Counted from the first letter of the stretch, positions 1 to 14,461 are shown. The stretch: 64,000 nucleotides of DNA from Octopus vulgaris (GCA_951406725.2 OX597821.1:9424001-9488000), one strand, 5' to 3'. Program-made: numbers and translations. The notes: generated by a model from the sequence alone, not told the origin.

Positions 1-92
1 GGAGGGCCAGTCGATTAGATCGACCTCAGTACGCAAATGGTACTTAATTTATTGACCCCGAAAGGATGAAAGGCAAAGTCAAACTCTGCGGT
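1..92 (-). mobile_element. Fragment of tRNA-derived SINE (same family as 24021-24250)
   Basis: Reverse complement matches the ...GACTTTGCCTTTCATCCTTTCGGGGTC...AATTAAGTACC... core of the copy at 24021-24250. Confidence 0.75.
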
Positions 93-1599
93 GATCGAAA
101 CACTATTTCGAGTTGAAAGATGAAAGATTAAGAATTACATTACGCAAGAGAACCGTCAAACATACATTCTATGAGTATAAAGTTTTATTATTGGTGACCA
201 GTCTGTACCTATGTAATGGCATGTATGTTTATAAGATACCATTTCCTTAAGGGAACATGAGAACATTTGAATATCATTAAGGACAATATGTGTGCAGTTA
301 AGGGAACTTGTAATATCTGAATATCAATAAGGACAATATGTGTGCACTGGTATGTAAGAAGAACGTATGAGACAGTTTGTTTTTGCTGACTTCGATATAA
401 GGAAAAGCAAAACAATTCTACTATTCAGTATTACGTACTTTGTTGTATGTATAATAGTAATAGTAGACACCCTATACACAAAATGAGGCAAATATCCAAA
501 GAAGCTGAAAATTTCGAATAAATTTATAAGTAGCAGAACGTGGATATTCTACTGTAAATAAATGCAGTGTGTTTTTTTGAAAGAATGTTTAAACATAGGT
601 AGATACTAAATTTCTAAATGTTTCGCTTCTTTAAATTAACGGATTTGCTATGGTTGGCATTTATTCAAATGCTCCGATTTTTTAAAGATGTTTTTCCGAA
701 AATATAATAATTCGTTAATCATGTGGAAAATACATGTATTTTTCGTTTCGCTTTTATCTGTTAAAAGGTAAAAAATGTTTTCCGTCAGCTGCCAATGAAT
801 CTTAACCATCTCTACCGGAAATTTTGTGCTACGGTCACTAAGTTACAGTGCAACACAATGTAAGTGGAAATGTATTTACAATATTTGCCATTTTGGAATT
901 GAAACTGTACAATATCATTTTATGACGGTAATATTGGAGATGGTAACAACTACAACAACAACAACAACAATGACGAAAACAACTATGTAAATATGCAGAC
1001 CATCACAAACATTACTTCCAGCTATACACATAGAAACACCACCACGCCGCTACCATAATAGCAACAATAGACACAACCAAAGAGGTAATAACCAGAGAGA
1101 TGATAGGATAGAAAGTAGTACCACAGGTATAAATAATACTAACCCTTTTCACACCCTGTTCTTCAATTCATGCGATAAATTATACGATATGTGTCGTAAT
1201 TGCCCGACAAATCTACCCTTCAACAAAATATTTTGCATTACTCAACAGACAAGAGAAGGAATACAAGCACTCTTTACCAAAGCCAGCACTAAACTTAGCT
1301 TTTAGAACATTACACTAGAATATGGAGTGGCAGAGAGGCACAACAACTCGACAAGATGTCTGCAAGTGGCACGCATAAGCTCATATAGCAGCACACAAAG
1401 AGAAGGCAATTGTTTGCTTCCCCACGGACAAGTATGGCAGAATATCGATAGACAGCCTGCCGAATTACATCCAAGCGATGCAACCCCACATCAGAAATTT
1501 GTTGGAAACAACAGTACGGCAGTATGAGTTGAGAGAGTATATCCTCAATGCTAATGTGATGATGTGTTCAAACATCCTAGGGGCATAAAAGCGCACGTC

Positions 1600-2520
1600 C
1601 CACAACTTCCACGCCACTAATAACGACATCCCAGTACTCTATGGGCTCCGCAAGGACTATAAGGTGACCACTGACCTTGTAACAGAAGCCACCAACGAGA
1701 CTAGTCTGCAGATCCAACGTTGCCAACAACTACCGGATCTCTAATCTCCTTTCTATGATCATACGCACTCTTATCAAAATGTCCCCGGATGCGTGTGACA
1801 GCACAGAGGACCTCCTCATCTGAATAATGACTGTTACCATGCCTACGACCTTACGGGATGCATTGTAGGCAATATGGCTCTAGTATCCTTATACTCATCC
1901 ATTGATGTTGATTTTGCTGTGGATAAATATACAGAGGTGATCAGCGAGAGCGGAGTAGAGGTTCGTGGAGTTGACACAGAACAACTGGGCTTCCTCCTGA
2001 GACTGACACGTAACAATGGTTACTTAAATGATCATCACCATAGTTACTCTTGTCCCACTAGATCGGTATGGTGTAGACGCACTTCTATGGTAATGAAAAC
2101 CCGTAGAGAGAGATGGAACGGGCGACTAGAGCTAGAAGGACCCCGCCAAAACGATGACCTTGTGAAAAAGATGGTGACGCATGCAGTATGTAAGAGTACT
2201 AAGATAAGTGTCAAGGGTGACATATTTATATTTAACAAAAAATATATACGGCCAAGAGGAATGTGCAGTCATCGGTGTGAGTATCGTTGGTGATGTGGCT
2301 AACGTATATATGGTATGGTGGGATAGGAGACTCAAAGAGAAATTAGCAGGAATATTTATAACCCTAAACTTGTACTCCTGCTATGTGGATGATATCTACA
2401 TAGTAGCAAAAGCACCGCTACAAGACAATGTTGATGATCTAGAAGCTAAGACTATGGAGGACATCCATACACCAGATTATCAAAGCGACGGTAGACTACG
2501 CTAACAAGCAACCCATAAAA
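1600..2520 (+). mobile_element. Decayed Penelope-like retroelement RT fragment
   Basis: Frameshifted pieces SLYSSID, AVIGVSIVGDVANVYM and YVDDI (PLE-type RT motifs); collinear similarity to the copy at 51780-53545. Confidence 0.7.
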
Positions 2521-2559
2521 CGAGATAAAAATCTGAATTTGGACAATTTATATTGTCAA

Positions 2560-2710
2560 AGGCACAGACTTGGTTGTGTTAAGAAGTCAGCTTCTACATC
2601 ACATGGTTTCGGCGGATTCAGTCCCACTGCGCGGCACCTTGGGCTAGTTTTTTCTGCTGTAAAACCAGGGCGACCAAAGCCTGATGAGTAAATTTAGTAG
2701 ATAGGAACTT
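2560..2710 (+). mobile_element. Diverged SINE family A head
   Basis: CACATGGTT...TCAGTCCCACTGCGCGGCACCTTGGGC matches the family A copies elsewhere in the window. Confidence 0.65.
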
Positions 2711-2896
2711 TATTGCGGTTCACATATCGCGCACTCAATACATCGCGGATTTTTCTGGGTAATATATTTAAATTCATATCGACGACTCTTGAGTACATTG
2801 TGGATTTCTGGGACCGATTGGTATTTATACTGTTTAGATTTTAGTTATTTCTGTGGGAGGTTCTGGGACGTAACACCAGCAATTGTCGAGGGATTA

Positions 2897-2936
<40 letters not shown>

Positions 2937-2941
<5 letters not shown>

Positions 2942-3413
2942 GACCTACTTCGGTCATGAATGACCATGGAATTGCACCTAGAAAGTTACCCTCTGAGGGG
3001 AAAGGTTGTTTTTGGAAGACCAGCAGTCGCCCACGCATACCAGCCTCCCCTCTCCACGCCGCCGATGTTATCCAAAAGAAAGGCAAAGGCCGATACAGCT
3101 TGGTACCAGTGACGTCGTAGCTCAATTATTAACGTGCAAGTGGCTGAGCACTCCACAGACATGTGTACCCTTAACGTAGTTCTCGGGGAGATTCAGCATG
3201 ACACAGAGTGTGACAAGGCTGGCCCTTTGAAATACAGATACAACAGAAACAGTGAGAGTGAGAGAAAGTTGTGGTGAAAGAGTACAGCCGGAGTCTCGTG
3301 GAGCTTTAGGTGTTTTCGCTCAATAAACACTCACAACGTCCGGTCTGGGAATCAAAACCGCGATCCTACGACCGTGAGTCCGCTGCCCTAACCACTGGGC
3401 CATTGCGCCTCCA
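2937..3413 (-). mobile_element. tRNA-derived SINE family B
   Basis: Minus-strand head GGAGGCGCAATGGCCCAGTGGTTAGGGCAGCGG... with A/B-box-like motifs; same head at 4498 on +; flanked by (TA)n/(CA)n. Confidence 0.75.
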
Positions 3414-3453
3414 CACACACACGCACACACACATATATATATATATATATAGT

Positions 3454-3553
<100 letters not shown>

Positions 3554-3654
3554 CATACACACACAGACACACACACACACGCACACACACACATATATAT
3601 ATATATATACATACGTATATGTATATGTATTTATGTATATGTGTGTGTGTGTAT

Positions 3655-3865
3655 CTCAATTTGTTCCCCATCATCACCGTCTGACAAGCGTTGTTGGTGT
3701 GTTTAACTCCCGTAACTTATAGGTTCGGCAACAGAGACCGATAGAATAAATAGTAGAAGTAAAAATAGGTCCAGGGACCGATTTGTTTGAGTAAAACCCC
3801 TTGAGGCGGTGCTCCAGCATGTTCACAGTGAAAATGACCGAAGCAAGTAAACGAATAGAAGAATA
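3655..3865 (+). mobile_element. SINE family A 3' half
   Basis: GGTTCGGCAA..GAGACCGATAGAATAA...GGCGGTGCTCCAGCATG shared with the full copies. Confidence 0.7.
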
Positions 3866-4497
3866 AGTGTAGAAAGATAATTCTAATAAATATTTAACGC
3901 AATTGCTCACGCAATAATTATTCATATTTTTCAGTAGTGAGACATTTTATTATTTTTTGATTGTACGAATGAAAGCAGCTTTGATAATAGTTAATACTTT
4001 GAATATCTTAGTTCTATGATCTATTTCTATAGTATTGAAATAATGTGTATATTACACATGTGCTTCGTCTAGTTGTACATAGTGATGCGATTTCATGTAT
4101 ATTACGAATATTTGTAATTCCTGGAGGAATAATCATACACACACACACACGCACACACACAAACACACACATACACACACACACGTATACACATACGCAC
4201 GCACAGGTTCATAAATATGTCCTGTATCATTCAATGACATTTTTTCTATATGCTAAAGTAAAGGATTTCAAACAATTGCACATAGTACACTATTAATAGA
4301 AAAATAGCCGATTCTTACAAGTGTTATTCCCTCATGAAAGAAGGAGATACAACAAAGCGACGTTACTGGGAGCACCTGCACTTTTAAGAAAGAAAGAGAT
4401 GCGAGAAGGATATACGAAAGGTGGAAAAGAAAGCGAAGGTAAAGAATGACAGGGAAGATAGAGAGAGAGAGAAATAAAGAAATATAATATATGTAGT

Positions 4498-4800
4498 GGA
4501 GGCGCAATGGCCCAGTGGTTAGGGCAGCGGCCTCGTGGTCGGATGATCGCGATTTCGATTCCCAGACCGTGCGTTGTGTTTGTTTATTGAGCAAAAACAC
4601 AGATCCACGACGCTCTGGCAGGGGCAGATGCCGACCCCTGTTGTACTCTTTTGACCCAACTTTCGCTCACTCTTTCTTCGTGTTTCTTGAGAAAGGCTGC
4701 GATGGACTAGCGTTCTGCCCAGCTGGTGGGGTACACATACGCCGCAGAAACCGGACCCATGAACCTGGCTAGGCTTGAAAAGGGCGCATAAATAATAAAC
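4498..4800 (+). mobile_element. tRNA-derived SINE family B
   Basis: Head GGAGGCGCAATGGCCCAGTGGTTAGGGCAGCGG...TTCGATTCCCAGACC; A-rich tail. Confidence 0.75.
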
Positions 4801-6299
4801 AAGAAATAACGTGTATGGTTTAATGATTTTAAAGAAGAAAATTTAACTTCGGATAATAGGTTAAATGCACCTCAATACTTGTATGATAGGAAGTGTTGCA
4901 AAATTAGGGTTCAGTTCAATGTTTTCTTCCATCCGCAACCACTCATCGCTGCTTTAATTCAAGGTATGTTATTATTTCAATCAATATTTTGTTCTATTTA
5001 ATCTCCATTGCTTTGTCGCACGTAGTATTTTGCCTAATTTGTGTATGGTGATTTTACATATATACAAGATGTGGTATAAGTGAAGTACCAGGAATATGCT
5101 TCATACACCACCACTGTTATATTGAATAAAAACTAGAGCCATATTGTGCAGCTAGCTTTTGGTCTGTGTGATTTCCAGACAGAAGATAAAAAAAAAGTGT
5201 TCAGAAGTCCTTCCTGGGCCATAAGCTCGGAAGGCCATTTTCCAGAATTCTGCCGCGTATTTATTCTCCGCCACTAACTACATCACCCAAAATACGCCTC
5301 CACTAGACTTAGGACCCTGGACTATTACTTATTTTCTAAATTCATCCATCTGTCTTCTTCATTCATCTTGCAACTGCCATGCTGGAGATTACGATCTTGA
5401 CATTTAAGACAGTTCCTTTTTCTTTTTGCTAACATTTCTTTATCAGAACTTGCGCAGATTACGCACTGATTTCTCACTATTTACATGGTCATGATTTGTA
5501 AATTATTTATGATGAACCTAATAATTTTTTTTCTTTTCCGTTACGGCAAATTTTCCTTCATAATGCATTTTATAAGGACTTCTAACATCGATACGAAAGG
5601 GATTGTTTTGAGTAACAGAACACTAACCTCAATTTTAAATTGCTGAGAATCGATAACAGCTTGATATTTTCATTATTATGTAATTTTATATCAGGAGTAT
5701 ATATTATTGCCGATTAGCTATAGTTATTTGAGAGCTGCCACTTATTGCAATGCACAAGATATTGTTCATATATATCATACATGGTGCTCGCCTCTAAATG
5801 GATAACTTTCTCAGGTATCAGTTTTAGATATCTTATATATAGTTAAAATATCTAGATATTAATTGTTGGAGTGATTAAGTTCTTGTCGCTCTTGAGTGAT
5901 TATGTCCCTGTTGCCAGTACATTTTATTTAAATGCATGTTTGTATTAGCATTATGAAGTGTATTACATTAATTTTAAAAACTGATGTTATATTTAAGCTG
6001 CCTTTGATGACTTACCATTACGAAAAATGCTAGCTATATTATTAATATTTTGGATTCATACATAAATAGTGTGATCTAACATTTATACAAGTACACAGAA
6101 ATACAGTGGAAGAAAAGGGAGTGAGTACACTTTGTACCGAGGCAATGTATATCATAGTAGGTAAACATATATTCATTCAGGTTTTTCCTTTAGGACAATA
6201 TTAGGTGGTATCCGTTTTATGGTAGAAGATTATAAATTATCGTAGAGCGGTGAAGTGTGCAATATAAACAGACAATCATTCTGGTTATATCTGTTTCAG

Positions 6300-6309
6300 T
6301 TAATGGAAG
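6300..6309 (+). CDS. Candidate 10-nt micro-exon of the membrane-protein gene
   Basis: ctgtttcag|TTAATGGAAG|gtgagt has strong splice sites, and its phase-2 end joins exon 7730 (..NGR-YDNID). Confidence 0.35.
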
Positions 6310-6774
6310 GTGAGTTCACTACGCACATTACAACCTTCAAATACTGGTAGAAACTAGTTACATGAATAATCTAACGAACTGCAATACAGCAGTCACTTAT
6401 TTTCATCAAAATATTTCATCAACGATTCCTCTTATTACTAACAATGTTTCATAGAATAATCTTGAATTTTTCAGTTATGCTATATCTATTATGGAAATAT
6501 TCGTAATCGCTTAAACTAACAAAGTAAAGTTAAAGGGATACGTAAGGCTTGTAATATTGATATTTCTCGAGGCGATTACTGTGTGCTGTATGTTCTAATA
6601 ATATATTTCTATGCTGAATTGAAACCATTCTGCAAAATGTTTGTAAAAGAATTAAGTGGGTGTGATATTATGCATCGGATTGAGTACTCACTAAAAGTTT
6701 ATATGGCAGAGAAAAGATAAAGAAGTTCAGGAAATTATAAGTAGCTCACACATCCCAAAAGCAACTGAATAATG

Positions 6775-7590
6775 CGACGTGTTATCAAAACGTTCGTGGA
6801 CTAGTTATGTAGCGCGCCAACAGATGGCAGCACACGGTTGTGTGCACGGTAAGAGCTAGTAATGACATTCATGAGGCAGTGTGTCGAGTGACATCGCTGT
6901 GTTTACTTCCCAAATTGTGAAATTTGTGTTTTTGTGAACATGTCTGCGATTTTATTATAGAGAGCACAAAGAGCCAACACGAATTTTTTCGTTAAACTTG
7001 GGATGTTCTGCAAGCTTGAAGTGGCGAGGCAATGGGATGTGCACAATGTCTCGAGCGGCACAGCCACTACAAAAGTGAAGAACGTACCTGGAAGACGATG
7101 AGCGATCTGAATTGTGTATTGCGAAGCATAGCGCTAGATTGTAAACCAAGAGTTCTACAGCGACGTTTTGAAGTATTTGAAGGAAGATATTTGGCGAAAG
7201 TGACTGGATCTATGTAGCGCGAAGAATTGGATTCTTCACTGAGTTCTCCTCACTCGTGAGTTTCCCGCCAAAAGCAACATGGAATCGTTACCGCATCCAC
7301 TTTGTTATCCACATTTAGCAGCTGTGGACTTCCATCCCTTCACCAAAATGAACAGGCTGCTGAAAGGTCGCCGGTTTAACACCGTGCTCGAGATGCCAAC
7401 CGTATCACAGATGGTCCTCTGGACTCTTACCGAAAACGAATTTAAGGCCGGATTCCAAAAGTGGTAAATACGCTCGGACCATTGTATTGCTACGCAACGT
7501 CATTATTTCGAAGGAGATGATGCTAAAACTTAGGTAAATAAGTAATTATTTATCAAACATAACTAGTAGGGGAAAGTGTTGTTACCATCT
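6775..7590 (+). mobile_element. Decayed, internally deleted mariner transposon
   Basis: LPHPLCYPHLAAVDFHPF (degenerate HPPYSPDLAPxDF) and LKGRRF; imperfect terminal inverted repeats ...GGACTAGTT (~6775-6806) / AACTAGT... (~7561-7590). Confidence 0.75.
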
Positions 7591-7729
7591 ATCACTCCTT
7601 TTCCCAATGTATATTGAAAACTTATATTTGAATAAACGTGACAATAATCCTAATTGAACATAAAAAAATATGAAACCATAAAACGCATTTCTTTGTCTTA
7701 ATATACTATCTCACTATTTCATTTTGCAG

Positions 7730-7889
7730 ATATGATAATATAGACATCCTTTCCTTGACGGACAATGCCGATCACACGGAAATATCTTTTGTTGTGAGGC
7801 CGAGGATATCAAATATTTCTGCAACAATAAACAGAGAATTTCAAATTTTCTTGAACAGAGAACCACAACTGAAATCCCTAATCCTTAAA
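7730..7889 (+). CDS. Internal coding exon of an unknown single-pass membrane protein (predicted extracellular part)
   Basis: ttttgcag acceptor and gtatgt donor; open frame YDNIDILSLTDNADHTEISFVVRPRISNISATINREFQIFLNREPQLKSLILK; phase-0 end matches the next exon. Confidence 0.7.
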
Positions 7890-8846
7890 GTATGTTGATT
7901 TTCTCCTTAGGATAGTATTCTCTTATTATGTTAATATATTGTTCAAATATTTTACACTATTCGATATTTCTACTGAGTACCATGGAATAACCGTTGGTGT
8001 GTCCAGAGTAATGCACACACACGCACGCATGCACACGCATGCACACGCATATACACATATATACACATATATACATACACACATATATGCATGTATATAT
8101 ATATATACATTTATATAAGCGTTTAACAGGTTGAGTAAAAATTAAGCAACGTTTTGATGAAAACAACATCCATTCCTGAATTTACGTATCTATTTATTAC
8201 GTTTTAAATACATGTTGTGTCTGTGAATTTGCGTGTGTAATCTGGGAATGCATACAATGAGCTTCTCTACCCTAGGTGTGCGGAAAACACTCGGCGAGAA
8301 ACGGAAGAAAATTTGAAGAAAGAAGGGAAAAAAAAAAAAAAAAAAATAATAATAATAATAATAATAATAATGATAATAATATGTACTACTGATATTACTA
8401 CAATCACCACTACCACCACCACAACTAACAACATCAATAAAGGTGATTATGATGATAGAAGTAATCATAACCATATCAACATTAACTTGACTAAAGTGTA
8501 AAATTTCTCGAAAAGTGTAGAAATAATAGCAACAGAATTCAATGAAAACGGGAACGTTGTTTACTCAGTGACCAGACAAAATACTTTAGTAATAGGGCTT
8601 ATAAGCCTTCAAAGACAGTAGCTCTGACGTTCCCACCAAACATCTAAGCCGCACACCAACTGACAAATGTATTTAGGCGAAGAATGCAGGATATATGCCA
8701 ACCAAATTGGTGCACTAACTATACCGTGGCGTCTAAGCCACTTACTTATAGGTCAAAATACAGTTCGTCAATTCAGCCTATCGGAAGTTAGATAAAGGGC
8801 AAATTTAATCATTTCAGTATAGTTGCCAATTGTGGAACACAATTGC

Positions 8847-8989
<143 letters not shown>

Positions 8990-9116
8990 AAGATAAATAT
9001 ATAATATTCTATATTTATGATATTGTAAATCTCTAAATAATAAAACGGCAAAACCAGATTATGCTGGAATTACATTGATTAATATATTCTCCTATTCACA
9101 ATTAAACAACCTCGGG

Positions 9117-9296
9117 TCGCAGGAGTGGCTATAGGTACAGGAGTGGGTGTGTGGCAAGTAGCTTGCTAACTAACCACATAGTTCCGCTCTCAGTCCCACT
9201 GAGTGGCTCCTTAGGCAAGTGTCTTCTACTATAGCCTCGGCCCGACCAAAGCATTGTCAGTGTATTTGGTAGAAGGAAACTGAAAGAAGCCCGTCG

Positions 9297-9298
<2 letters not shown>
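9117..9298 (+). mobile_element. SINE family A head
   Basis: CAGGAGTGG..GTGTGG...CCACATAGTTCC...GGCAAGTGTCTTCTACTATAGCC...GAAAGAAGCCCGTCG followed by (TA)n(TG)n. Confidence 0.8.
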
Positions 9299-9366
<68 letters not shown>

Positions 9367-9581
9367 TCCACGTAAGTAATTATCATCTAAACATGTTTTT
9401 GAGGTTTTGTAAATCTTAGAACTTAAGTAATTTGAAAGTCTCAAACAGTGTATCAACAACTTGCGAAAAATATACCAAGAGACAGTTGGGTCATTTAAAG
9501 CTTAAATCAGTATTATTTGTACAAATACATGTATGTCATACATAATGTATGCATTGCTATTTTATATAACATATATTCCAG

Positions 9582-9721
9582 AATATACAGACTGACCCTG
9601 AAAATGAAGCAGTGAATACGAATTTACCATCTCGGATTATAATTATCATAGTATCTGTGGTATTTTTCGGTGTCTTCATCATGTTGATGCTCTCATATTC
9701 CATGCTGAGAAAGAAGGCGAA
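9582..9721 (+). CDS. Transmembrane-encoding exon
   Basis: ttccag acceptor and gtaagt donor; NIQTDPENEAVNTNLPSR-IIIIIVSVVFFGVFIMLMLSYSML-RKKA(K) is a hydrophobic helix followed by a basic stop-transfer cluster; phases fit both neighbours. Confidence 0.8.
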
Positions 9722-10451
9722 GTAAGTTATGTAAATCCTCCTCCTCCTCAACCCCCTCCCCTCCTCCTCCTCATGGCCCTCTCCCTCCTGCCCCTCCTCC
9801 TCCTCCCCCCACCTTCTCCTTTTCATCACTACCACTATATCTAGTATCATTAGCATAAAATACAGGACACACACCATCAACACTGCCATTATCACCACCA
9901 CCACCACCACCACCACCTTATGATTTTTCAGGTTGAGAAGGGTTAAAATTTTAATACTATAAGATTTCAGAAAATTTTGTTCTCGTCTACGAACTTTAAT
10001 GAACTACTTCAAAGGTATTTATTTTATGCAAAACTTGTACAAGAACATATTTGAAAATTATACGTTAGTTTCTGTACACAAGAATTTGATCCTGACCACC
10101 GAAGCATTTTGTTAATCTGGTGTTCCCAAACAGCAATCATTACTAATAATTCCTAAGGAATTAACAAATCAAGTTCTGGCTTGTTTATATTTTAGTAAGG
10201 CAGAGAATGCAATTTTGAAATAAACTTTATGTTCAGTCAATTTATTAAAATGTTTATAGAAATGATACAACCCCTTGCATGTCAATCAACAAGAGAGCAT
10301 GGCTAATTGAGCAGCTTTATCACCATTTTAATGATATACTTGGAACTTTATGGTTATTTGTGGAAATGAAATAGTAGAGTAGTGCTCAATTTTTTGTTCC
10401 ATTGTGCGGTAAAATAAGTGTTTACCACCTAATTAGATCTATGTTCGTTAA

Positions 10452-10720
10452 GGTGCGTGGTTTAGTGGCTAGGGTATTCAGCTTACGTTTCTAAGGCCAG
10501 GAGGTCAATTCTCGGTGGTGCGTTATGTCCTTGAGCACGACATTTCATTTCACGTTGCTCCAGCTAGTACCTCTATTTCAAAAGCTCCAGCCTTTTCACA
10601 CTCTGTATCATGCTATATCTAATCAGAGAGTTACGATAAGGGTGAACGTATTTGTAGAGTGCTCAGCTACTCTCACGTTAATTTACAGAAAGGCTGTACC
10701 GTGTATCATAGCCGACGGTG
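10452..10720 (+). mobile_element. Diverged tRNA-derived SINE
   Basis: GGTGCGTGGTTTAGTGGCTAGGG head and GTCCTTGAGCACGACA core; tail resembles the family B body at 3120-3230. Confidence 0.55.
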
Positions 10721-11366
10721 CCAGTTAGATCTGTTTGAGTATTATTAAGAACATTCGGAATTTTCTAGTATATATATATTAGTGCAAAATATTGTACATG
10801 CAGAGCCTGAAATATAAATTAATACTAAAGGTAAATTATCCAATAAAAAATGAAGTGAATAAATTTGTAGCATCATTAGTCGTATAGCACACATGAATTC
10901 GGCGGTTTCTGTATACTTGAACGAACGTAAAAATAAAAATAAAATGAAAATATAAAATGAGTAACACATTCCGGAAGTGTGTTACTGTGATAAATACATT
11001 TATGCTTGACCGGAATACACTAAGACTAAAGGTTTAGAATTAGACTATTTATAAAAATAAATGCATGAGGGAGTTGCTAAACAAGGTGATATCCTTTGCG
11101 TAGAGCGGAGCATGTGTTGAACATTTGTACAAAGATCGATTCGGTTAATTAATCAACTTTTAATAATTGTCATGAATATATTGGGTTCTCTGCAAATATC
11201 CCTTTCACCACAACTAGATTTTCTTTGATATCATCATATTGTGAGGCATATGAATATATTGACATGTAAGCATGTATAACAGGATAAATATATAATACGA
11301 ACACATATATACATGTTTAAATATGTATATACATATATACATGCATACACACACAAACACACACCC

Positions 11367-11401
<35 letters not shown>

Positions 11402-11418
11402 TGCACACACACACACAA

Positions 11419-11449
<31 letters not shown>

Positions 11450-11515
11450 AAGAGCATTAAAACTCATGAGAGATATTAATATTAGTGGATGCAAGCAAAA
11501 ACCGTATATGCAAAA

Positions 11516-11554
<39 letters not shown>

Positions 11555-12619
11555 GCACATATATACATACATACATACACACATGCATACATACATACAC
11601 ACGTACATATATATATATATACATACATATATGTATATATATGTATACATATATACATACATATATAGGCAAGATATAAATAAATTAAATGAATAGAAAT
11701 GTTTTTAAAAGTATATATATATACAACATTAATACTCATGACAGATATTAATGTTTGTGACCGCAAGCTAAAACCATATAGGTAAAATTGCTTCACAATT
11801 ATTTCACTTAGTTATCCCTAACTATGCTTATGAAATTATAAATTCAATTTTCGTGGCTTCGGAGTCTTTCGACTCCTATTTTAAGAAAAGTAGGTGTTCT
11901 TTTCGAAAATGCGCTATTATTATATATAATTCTTGTATAAATATCTATTAATTTTGCCTTTACGGTCTTAGCTTGTGGCTATTAACATTAATATCTTTCA
12001 TGAATGTTCTTTATATATTAAAAAAAAAAATTGTGTTCTCTTAATTCGTATCTCTGGGCGTGGCTTGGGCACTGAAACGAATACAGGCATTGGTTGACGT
12101 GATATATAAAAGTTTGTAAATAGTAGATTTTGCTGAGAAGAAACAAGCGTGCTTTGGCACTAAATTCGAAATCATGATATCAAGTTAACTGACATTCCTT
12201 CTTTCAATTATGTAGAGAGATTACGCAAACCTTATTTCACTTTATTTTTCCCACCATGACTGTGAAAATATAGTATTAATTTTTGTGTCTTCAGAGTCTT
12301 TTGACTCCTAGGTTTAGCAAAGTTGGTGTTTTTAAAAAAAAGCGGCCTTGCTATATATAATTATTTCATATATATCTATTATATATAAATATATATGCCC
12401 TGTTATACATGCGTACATATTCATTGTCGGCATAGATGTACACAATTACGTGCTTTGCCTGCAATATAGGAGTGGTTAGTTTTTTGTTTCTGGCAATGTC
12501 GTTGTTTATAACATCCTCAGTCATATATAATGAAGGTTATAGTTTTTTTTATACATATTGCTTACAGCCACCTACATTAATTTGGATATGTGTGTGTGTC
12601 TGTGCGTGTGTATACGTTG

Positions 12620-13512
12620 GCATCCACAATTCTTAAATGTGTACAGAATAATGTCCAGTCCGAATACCATTTCAGGCAAAACCCCTTCAGAACCAATTTT
12701 CGCTCGAAAGATTAAATCTATCTTCGAAAAATTGTTGCCAAAGGAAAAGGCATATACAGAAAAAAACAAACAAATTCAACTAAATATCTTGATATGGGAG
12801 ACAAATACTATTTCAAAGTATACCAGAAGGTTAAGGAAAGTTGGCAGGATTGTGTAGTGCCTAAAAGAATTGGAAACGTAATGTATTTAATAGAAGGCCA
12901 ATGGTGAGAGCATAAACGGCACCGACATGATTTAAAAACCACACATACAGAAGAAAAAAAGTGAATCCCAATGGAAGTGTTTTACCACATATTCGATGTG
13001 CGAGTACCGCAGGAGATTAAGCCTAGAAGAAGCAGTAATAGAAACCGTAAATCAGCTGAATATTTAGAAATAATTCCTAAGCGGAAAAGGTACGGAACTT
13101 CCTACAGAATAAAAATTTCAAAAAGGGAGATGTGTTTTAAACAAGAGAGAAAAAAAGAATAAATTTCCTTTCTTACGGAAGTCGAAATCTCAAAAGAGAA
13201 GATGTGACGAGAGTCACTACACCGTCTGCGTTAATAGACTTGACCGAACGACTATGCGTTGTAGTGGTCTGAGTGAGAAACCAGACAAAGTAGGGGTAAA
13301 TTGCAGGAAGTCATACGGTGTCGTTTTTTTAGTTTGTCAGAATATCTTTTATCGGTTTGTGAATAGTTCGTGGACAGTTTGTTGGAATGTTACGTTCTTG
13401 TTACCCCGCTTCGTTTTATGTTTTATATGTTACTACACGGATATAGTGTAAACAAGTATCCCCATAAATAATGGCGATAAAGCAATAATTGGCGACAAGT
13501 AACTACGTTACA
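12620..13512 (+). mobile_element. Gypsy-like LTR retrotransposon remnant (integrase C-terminus, PPT, 3' LTR) inside an intron
   Basis: FLNVYR...SGKTPSEPIFARKIKS resembles the post-catalytic integrase region; purine tract 13192-13202 followed by TG(13203)...CA(13512). Confidence 0.6.
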
Positions 13513-13630
13513 ATATATGTGTGTGTGTGTATGTGTGTGTGTGTGTGGGGGGTGCTTGTGCTTGTGTAAATATACATATTCTTTAAATTCCCCAATTAAT
13601 ATGAAAATATATTCAAAATATATATTTTAG

Positions 13631-14002
13631 GTCTCAATTGATAAATACTACACCCTTTCAAAGGCGGCAACCCAAATCCATTTTGGCTGAAGAAAACTTC
13701 AATATACCTGAAATTAACGGTACATCTTTCGTGAAAACCGAAGAAAACTGGGAAGAAGAGAAGGCTACTGTTTTCGAAGTAAATGACACATCATCAAAAC
13801 CATCCAGTTCTGAGTTTAATTCATATACAATGTGTAACAGTAAACCTTCAAGATCTTTTCAGGGAAAGGAAATTCATTGTGAAATGATGACTTGTAAAAT
13901 TCACAGAGAACTTCCCAATTGTAAAACATTTTTATGCATGAATTCTGATGATTCGAAAATCAAGACAACAATTGAAGGAACCATTCCAGTTTCTTCGGAA
14001 AG
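13631..14002 (+). CDS. Exon encoding the predicted cytoplasmic tail
   Basis: ttttag acceptor, AG|gtagga donor, 372-nt open frame (ORF 13638-14006), phase 2 at both ends. Confidence 0.75.
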
Positions 14003-14029
14003 GTAGGACGTATATATATTCTTTTATTC

Positions 14030-14393
14030 TAAGTGTTTCTGTTATTTGGCAGCGGACATGTTGGAGCACCGCCTTTAGTCGAGCAAATCGACCCCAGGAC
14101 TTTTCTTTGGAAGCTTAGTACTTAATCTCTCGGCGTCGTTTTTACTAACTGCTAGGTTACGGGGACGTAAACACACCAACAGCGGTTGTGAGTGGGAGAA
14201 CAATCACAGACACACACACATATGTATATATACGACGGGCTTCTTTCAGTTTCCGTCTTCCAAATCCACTCACAAGGTTTTGGTCGGCCCGTGGCTATAG
14301 TAGAAGACATTTATCGAAGGTGCCATGCAGCTGGACTGAATTGTGAAACATGTGGTTAAGAAGCAAGCTTCTTACTATGCAACCACGCTGCGC

Positions 14394-14395
<2 letters not shown>
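14030..14395 (-). mobile_element. SINE family A, near full length
   Basis: Collinear with copies at 30698, 37110, 37548 and 61024. Confidence 0.85.

Positions 14396-14457
<62 letters not shown>

Positions 14458-14461
<4 letters not shown>

Noticed and set aside
2678-2710. CTGATGA suggesting a hammerhead
   Set aside because: Mutated SINE family A sequence (CTTGTGAG in other copies); no GAAAC or paired helices
4498-4570. tRNA-like sequence (also at 3340-3413, 24021 and 39721)
   Set aside because: No complete cloverleaf and continuous with repeat bodies; these are SINE heads, not tRNA genes
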